Position numbers and translations under genes: made by a program. Of a DNA stretch of 39,434 bases, positions 35,381-39,434 are shown in pieces (the first letter of the stretch is position 1; every line of letters starts with the position of its first letter). The DNA is from a virus. Taxonomy: Duplodnaviria > Caudoviricetes. Under the pieces are notes generated by a model. That model was not told the origin of the DNA, did no database searches, and saw only the letters and a list, made by a program, of their open reading frames with translations. Where the stretch lies: the IMG/VR virus record IMGVR_UViG_3300020221_000045, positions 1 through 39,434 of that record; one strand, written 5' to 3'.

Positions 35381-36477
35381 ATGATTTTTTAAAAGATGTA
35401 ATTAAAGATATTAATAACGAATATGCAGGAACAGCTGATAGTGATTTAGTTGGTGATACAGGATCGTTTGTAGATACTGGTTCTTATGCTCTTAATGCAT
35501 TATTATCAGGAAGTATATATGATGGACTTCCTTCAAATAAAATTACTGCACTTGCTGGTGAAGCATCAACTGGTAAAACATTCTTCACATTAGGTATTGC
35601 TAAAAAATGGCAAGAACAAAGTAAACAAGCTGGTATAATTTATTTTGAAACTGAAGGAGCATTAACAAAAGATATGCTTGCTGAAAGAAAGATTGATTCA
35701 AAAAGATTCGTTGTTATTCCTGTTGCAACAGTACAAGAATTTAGAACACAATGTACTAAAATCTTAGATAATATTGAGAAAGTACCTTTAGAGCATAGAC
35801 ATCCAATATTGCTTGTTTTAGATTCACTTGGTAATCTTTCAACAGAAAAAGAAGTTAGAGATACTCTTGAAGGAAATGATACACGTGATATGACAAGAGC
35901 ACAGTTAATTCGTGGTGCATTTAGAGTGATTGCTTTAAGATTATCAAAATTAGATACACCAATGATTGTGACTAACCACACATACGATGTAATTGGTGCT
36001 TATGTACCAACAAAAGAAATGGGTGGTGGCTCTGGTTTAAAATATGCTGCATCTACAATTATATATTTAAGTAAATCAAAAGATAAAGATTCAGATAAAA
36101 ATGTTGTGGGAAATATTATTAAAGCAACATTACAAAAATCTAGATTTACAAGAGAGTTTTTAAGAGTTGAAACAAAACTTTCATTTGAAACAGGTTTAGA
36201 TCCATACTATGGACTTATTGATATAGCAATTGATGCTGGTATCTTTAAAGAAGAGGGTGGAAGAATAGATGTAGGTGGAACTAAAGTATTTGGTAAGAAT
36301 ATAAAAGAAGAACCTGAAAAATATTTTACAAAAGAAGTTCTTGATAAAATTAACGATTATACAAAGAAAGCTTTTAAATATGGTTCTACTATTGAATTAT
36401 CAAGCAATATAAGTGATGCACCAATAGAAAAAGAAAGTAAAACAAATGGTGGAAAATCCAAAAAATCCAAAGAGTGA
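35377..36477 (+). CDS. uvsX: RecA-like recombinase UvsX
   Basis: [49 protein letters not shown] motifs. Confidence 0.96.
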   Translation: MNDFLKDVIKDINNEYAGTADSDLVGDTGSFVDTGSYALNALLSGSIYDGLPSNKITALAGEASTGKTFFTLGIAKKWQEQSKQAGIIYFETEGALTKDMLAERKIDSKRFVVIPVATVQEFRTQCTKILDNIEKVPLEHRHPILLVLDSLGNLSTEKEVRDTLEGNDTRDMTRAQLIRGAFRVIALRLSKLDTPMIVTNHTYDVIGAYVPTKEMGGGSGLKYAASTIIYLSKSKDKDSDKNVVGNIIKATLQKSRFTREFLRVETKLSFETGLDPYYGLIDIAIDAGIFKEEGGRIDVGGTKVFGKNIKEEPEKYFTKEVLDKINDYTKKAFKYGSTIELSSNISDAPIEKESKTNGGKSKKSKE

Positions 36478-36967
36478 AACCATAGAAACAAATAAGGATA
36501 CAATATTTCCTTTCTTAGATCCAAATAGTTTTGAAACACCAGAACTATATGAGAAAGCAAAACAAGAATATTTAAACAAAAAACCAGTACAAATAATTCC
36601 ACATGAAGTATTATCTGAAAAAGGTAAGTATGGAACACAAAATATTCGATTCAAAGCAAACAAACTTGAAGGTGTAGTTGTCAATTTTGGTAAAGTTGAA
36701 TTTGTACCACAGAAAGATAGTACAATTAATCTTTCATATGATTATGATGCTGATGTCAGTGGAGCAACATGGCCAGTAATTAAAATTGATTCACCAGAAA
36801 GTAAAAAAATATTAGAAAAAGAACTTGGTGATTTTCTAATGAGTTGTATTGAAGAACAATTAAAACAAGGTAAGATTCTATTTCGAGGAGGGTCTGATGA
36901 AATGGAAGCTTATGTGAAAGAACGAAATGAGAATAGAAACAACGATACTGAGAAATCTTCTTCATAA
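36446..36967 (+). CDS. Conserved hypothetical protein at the gp40 position between uvsX and gp41
   Basis: GVVV.FGKV.F......L.YDYD and F...LGD.L..CIEE patterns. The gp40 link rests on synteny only. Confidence 0.5.
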   Translation: MVENPKNPKSETIETNKDTIFPFLDPNSFETPELYEKAKQEYLNKKPVQIIPHEVLSEKGKYGTQNIRFKANKLEGVVVNFGKVEFVPQKDSTINLSYDYDADVSGATWPVIKIDSPESKKILEKELGDFLMSCIEEQLKQGKILFRGGSDEMEAYVKERNENRNNDTEKSSS

Positions 36968-38333
36968 CGAAGACTATGCTCGTAAAGTAGTCCCACATTT
37001 AAAAGAAGAATACTTTCAAGATAAAATTGAAAAAGCAATAGCAAATGCTTCTTTAAAATTTTTTATCAAATATAATAAACCAGCAACAGTTGAAATTATT
37101 GATATTGAACTTGGTAATGATAAATCTTTATTTGAAAATGACTATCAACAAGCACAAGCTTATTTAAACGAACTAAAAACAAAAGAAGATACTAATAGCA
37201 AATGGTTATTAGAAGAAACTGAAAAATTTTGTAAATCAAAAGCTGTTTATAATTCAATTATGGACAGTATTAAAATTATAGATGGTCGTGATAAAGTAAG
37301 AAGACAGGATAGTATTCCTGCTTTATTATCTGATGCACTTTCTGTTTCATTTGATAAGTCAGTAGGACACGACTATATTGAAAACTCAGATGATCGTTTT
37401 GAATTTTATAAGAAAACAGAAGAAAAGATTCCTTTTGATATAGATTTATTTAATACAATCACACGTGGTGGATTAAGTAATAAAACATTGAATGTAGCAC
37501 TTGCTGGTACAGGTGTTGGTAAATCTTTATTTTTATGTCATTTTGCAGCACAGCACTTAATGATGAATTACAATGTTCTTTACATAACACTTGAAATGTC
37601 AGAAGAGAAGATTGCTGAACGTATAGATGCGAATTTATTAAACGTGACTATTGATGATTTAAAAATAATGAATAAAATGGATTTTGATACTCGTGTTGAA
37701 AGAGTAAAAATGAAAACTAAAGGGAAATTAATTGTTAAAGAATTTCCTACAGCATCAGCCCATGTAGGTCATTTCAAAGCATTACTTGATGAACTAAAAA
37801 TAAAAAGAGATTTTGTACCAGATATTATATACATTGATTATCTAAACCTTTGTATTTCTTCAAGATTAAAAGCTAATGCTGCTGTTAATTCATATACGAT
37901 TATTAAGAGTATAGCAGAAGAATTAAGAGGTATGGCAGTACAGTATGATGTACCAATTGTTTCTGCTACACAAACTACAAGACAAGGATTTACTTCATCA
38001 GATATAGGTCTTGAAGATACTTCTGAATCATTTGGTTTACCAGCAACTGCTGACTTTATGTTTGCAATTATAGCAACAGATGATATGATTAAAGAGGGTA
38101 TCGTAGCAATAAAACAATTAAAGAATAGATATAACGATCCTAATTATTTTAAAAGATTTATTGTTGGGGTTGAAAGAAATAAGATGAAAGTTTATAATAT
38201 TGAAGTGGATCGTCAAAAGAATTTCGATCTAGCTGACAAAGGAGATTCAGAGACTGTATTCGATAACACATCAATCGGTCAAAGAATAAAAGAAGAATCA
38301 TCATATTTAGATTTTAAATTTGATGACAAATAA
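36927..38333 (+). CDS. gp41: Replicative DnaB-like helicase
   Basis: IE.TIL.NL..NE.Y.RKV.P, LAGTGVGKS, TLEM.EEKIAERIDAN, IDYLN, IAEELRG, SATQT.R, SESFGLPATAD, KQLK.RY.D motifs. Confidence 0.97.
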   Translation: MRIETTILRNLLHNEDYARKVVPHLKEEYFQDKIEKAIANASLKFFIKYNKPATVEIIDIELGNDKSLFENDYQQAQAYLNELKTKEDTNSKWLLEETEKFCKSKAVYNSIMDSIKIIDGRDKVRRQDSIPALLSDALSVSFDKSVGHDYIENSDDRFEFYKKTEEKIPFDIDLFNTITRGGLSNKTLNVALAGTGVGKSLFLCHFAAQHLMMNYNVLYITLEMSEEKIAERIDANLLNVTIDDLKIMNKMDFDTRVERVKMKTKGKLIVKEFPTASAHVGHFKALLDELKIKRDFVPDIIYIDYLNLCISSRLKANAAVNSYTIIKSIAEELRGMAVQYDVPIVSATQTTRQGFTSSDIGLEDTSESFGLPATADFMFAIIATDDMIKEGIVAIKQLKNRYNDPNYFKRFIVGVERNKMKVYNIEVDRQKNFDLADKGDSETVFDNTSIGQRIKEESSYLDFKFDDK

Positions 38334-38348
38334 CAATAAGGAGAAACA

Positions 38349-39434
38349 ATGAGCGATAAAACAGTAAAAGTACTTGTAGCTAAAGAAAAAATAGACTGCG
38401 AGCATTTGCTGGCTACATTTGTGGATCATTCACATTATGATACACTAGTTGAATACGATTGTGATTTTTACGCACCATCAATTGATGGTATCAACAGTGA
38501 GAAGAACATTCTTTTTAAATTTAGAAAGAATTGGTTCACAAAAGAACAGCAAGATCTAGCATATAAAGGTCTTAGAGAAGCAGCAGTAGAAACTCAAAAT
38601 AGAGGTATTGCAGCTGGTCCAAAGGGATCAAAGCTAGGTGGTCGTGACTGGGTGACAGAATATCAAGAAGAGATGCTTGAAGCATTAACAAAGTATGAAA
38701 CTACACTTGATGGTTCAGATCCTATCACATCAATTAAATCAAAATACGAAAACAAAGATAAAACATCAGCAGGAAACAGAGGATCTGTTTGGCTTAAGAA
38801 TAAAGTGACTGATGAAGGATTTGTTTTTGAAGAATGGCTAAATGAGTTGAAACAGTTATCTCGTGAAGAAATTATTAAAGAAGCAACACGAGTAAAAACT
38901 AAATTGACTTCAACAACCTCATATGCACAAGCAGTTTGGTCAGGGATAGCAGGATTCTTTGATAGATATCCTCGTATTCCTTATGGTAGAGCAACAGCCT
39001 TTACTGAAAAGAATCCTGATAAATTTGCTATGGGCTTTCCTTTCTTACAACAACTTTCAGAAGGATTTAAAAGACTTCTGCCAGTAAGATATGGTAAGCA
39101 AAAAGAAGCTTGTGAAAAGATGGATCCAAAATTTATTATTCCAGGAACTGTATTCACTACAGCAACTGTAAATAAAACTTTTAGAACAGCAGCACACAGA
39201 GATGCTGGTGATTTAAATGAAGGATTCAGTAATCTTACAGTTGTTTCGAATAATGGTAAATTTAGAGGTGGTTATCTTGTATTACCAGAATATAGAGTGG
39301 CTGTAAACATACGTCCAGGAGATTTATTATTAATTAATAATCACGAGGGTATTCACGGAAATACTGAAATGATTGTTGAAGATCCTGAAGCAGAACGTAT
39401 TTCTTTCGTTTGTTATTTCAGAGAAAAGATGCTA
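38349..39434 (+). CDS. TET/JBP-family 2-oxoglutarate Fe(II) dioxygenase (nucleic-acid base hydroxylase), 3'-truncated
   Basis: AAGGAG RBS and an open frame of 362 codons to the window end. It contains SGIAGFFDRYPR..YGR.T, FTTATVNKTFRTAAHRDAGD (HxD at H283/D285), IHGNT (H336) and ERISFVCYFRE (R350-x-S), which match the JBP1/TET oxygenase core. Confidence 0.85.
   Translation, partial: MSDKTVKVLVAKEKIDCEHLLATFVDHSHYDTLVEYDCDFYAPSIDGINSEKNILFKFRKNWFTKEQQDLAYKGLREAAVETQNRGIAAGPKGSKLGGRDWVTEYQEEMLEALTKYETTLDGSDPITSIKSKYENKDKTSAGNRGSVWLKNKVTDEGFVFEEWLNELKQLSREEIIKEATRVKTKLTSTTSYAQAVWSGIAGFFDRYPRIPYGRATAFTEKNPDKFAMGFPFLQQLSEGFKRLLPVRYGKQKEACEKMDPKFIIPGTVFTTATVNKTFRTAAHRDAGDLNEGFSNLTVVSNNGKFRGGYLVLPEYRVAVNIRPGDLLLINNHEGIHGNTEMIVEDPEAERISFVCYFREKML

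Noticed and set aside
162-36998. All other minus-strand ORFs and the short alternative-frame plus ORFs (5212, 8636)
   Set aside because: They overlap well-supported + strand genes, have no RBS or motifs, and conflict with the unidirectional gene layout.
1375-38333. Introns, inteins or homing endonucleases in gp17, gp20, gp23, gp43, gp41
   Set aside because: All are continuous and of ordinary length, with no intein or HNH/GIY-YIG motifs seen.
1-39434. Stop-codon reassignment
   Set aside because: Core genes are full length under the standard code, and TAA, TAG and TGA all end genes at the expected positions.

Overview
A very AT-rich segment of a T4-like myovirus genome (marine/freshwater cyanophage- or pelagiphage-type gene order), with all credible genes on the + strand. 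1-12.1 kb is the late morphogenesis block: gp15 (partial), a fibre/baseplate-type protein, gp17-gp20, gp67-like, gp21, an expanded gp22, gp23 and gp3. It is followed by uvsY, uvsW, gp55, gp47, gp46, peptide deformylase, a VWA/HExxH + MoxR (CobT/CobS-like) locus, gp45, gp44, gp62, regA, hsp20, gp43, an island of envelope and lipoprotein genes, uvsX and gp41. A TET/JBP-type 2OG-Fe(II) dioxygenase, absent from the supplied ORF track, runs off the right edge. The most interesting signals are: (i) a heat-shock cassette before a small ORF + hsp20, made of an alphaproteobacterial-type RpoH promoter and a three-hairpin 5' UTR ending in a ROSE-like UUGCU/AGGAGG thermometer hairpin; (ii) the TET/JBP dioxygenase; (iii) about ten stereotyped TTTACT-N17-TATAAT promoters, three with IHF-consensus boxes and several giving near-leaderless mRNAs; (iv) an antisense promoter back-to-back with the gp55 promoter; (v) a recent duplication creating a micro-gene that carries the RegA C-terminus; (vi) a stand-alone NAD-ligase Ia-like domain inside the MoxR/VWA locus. 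All calls come from motif recognition and synteny by eye. No database searches or folding programs were run.
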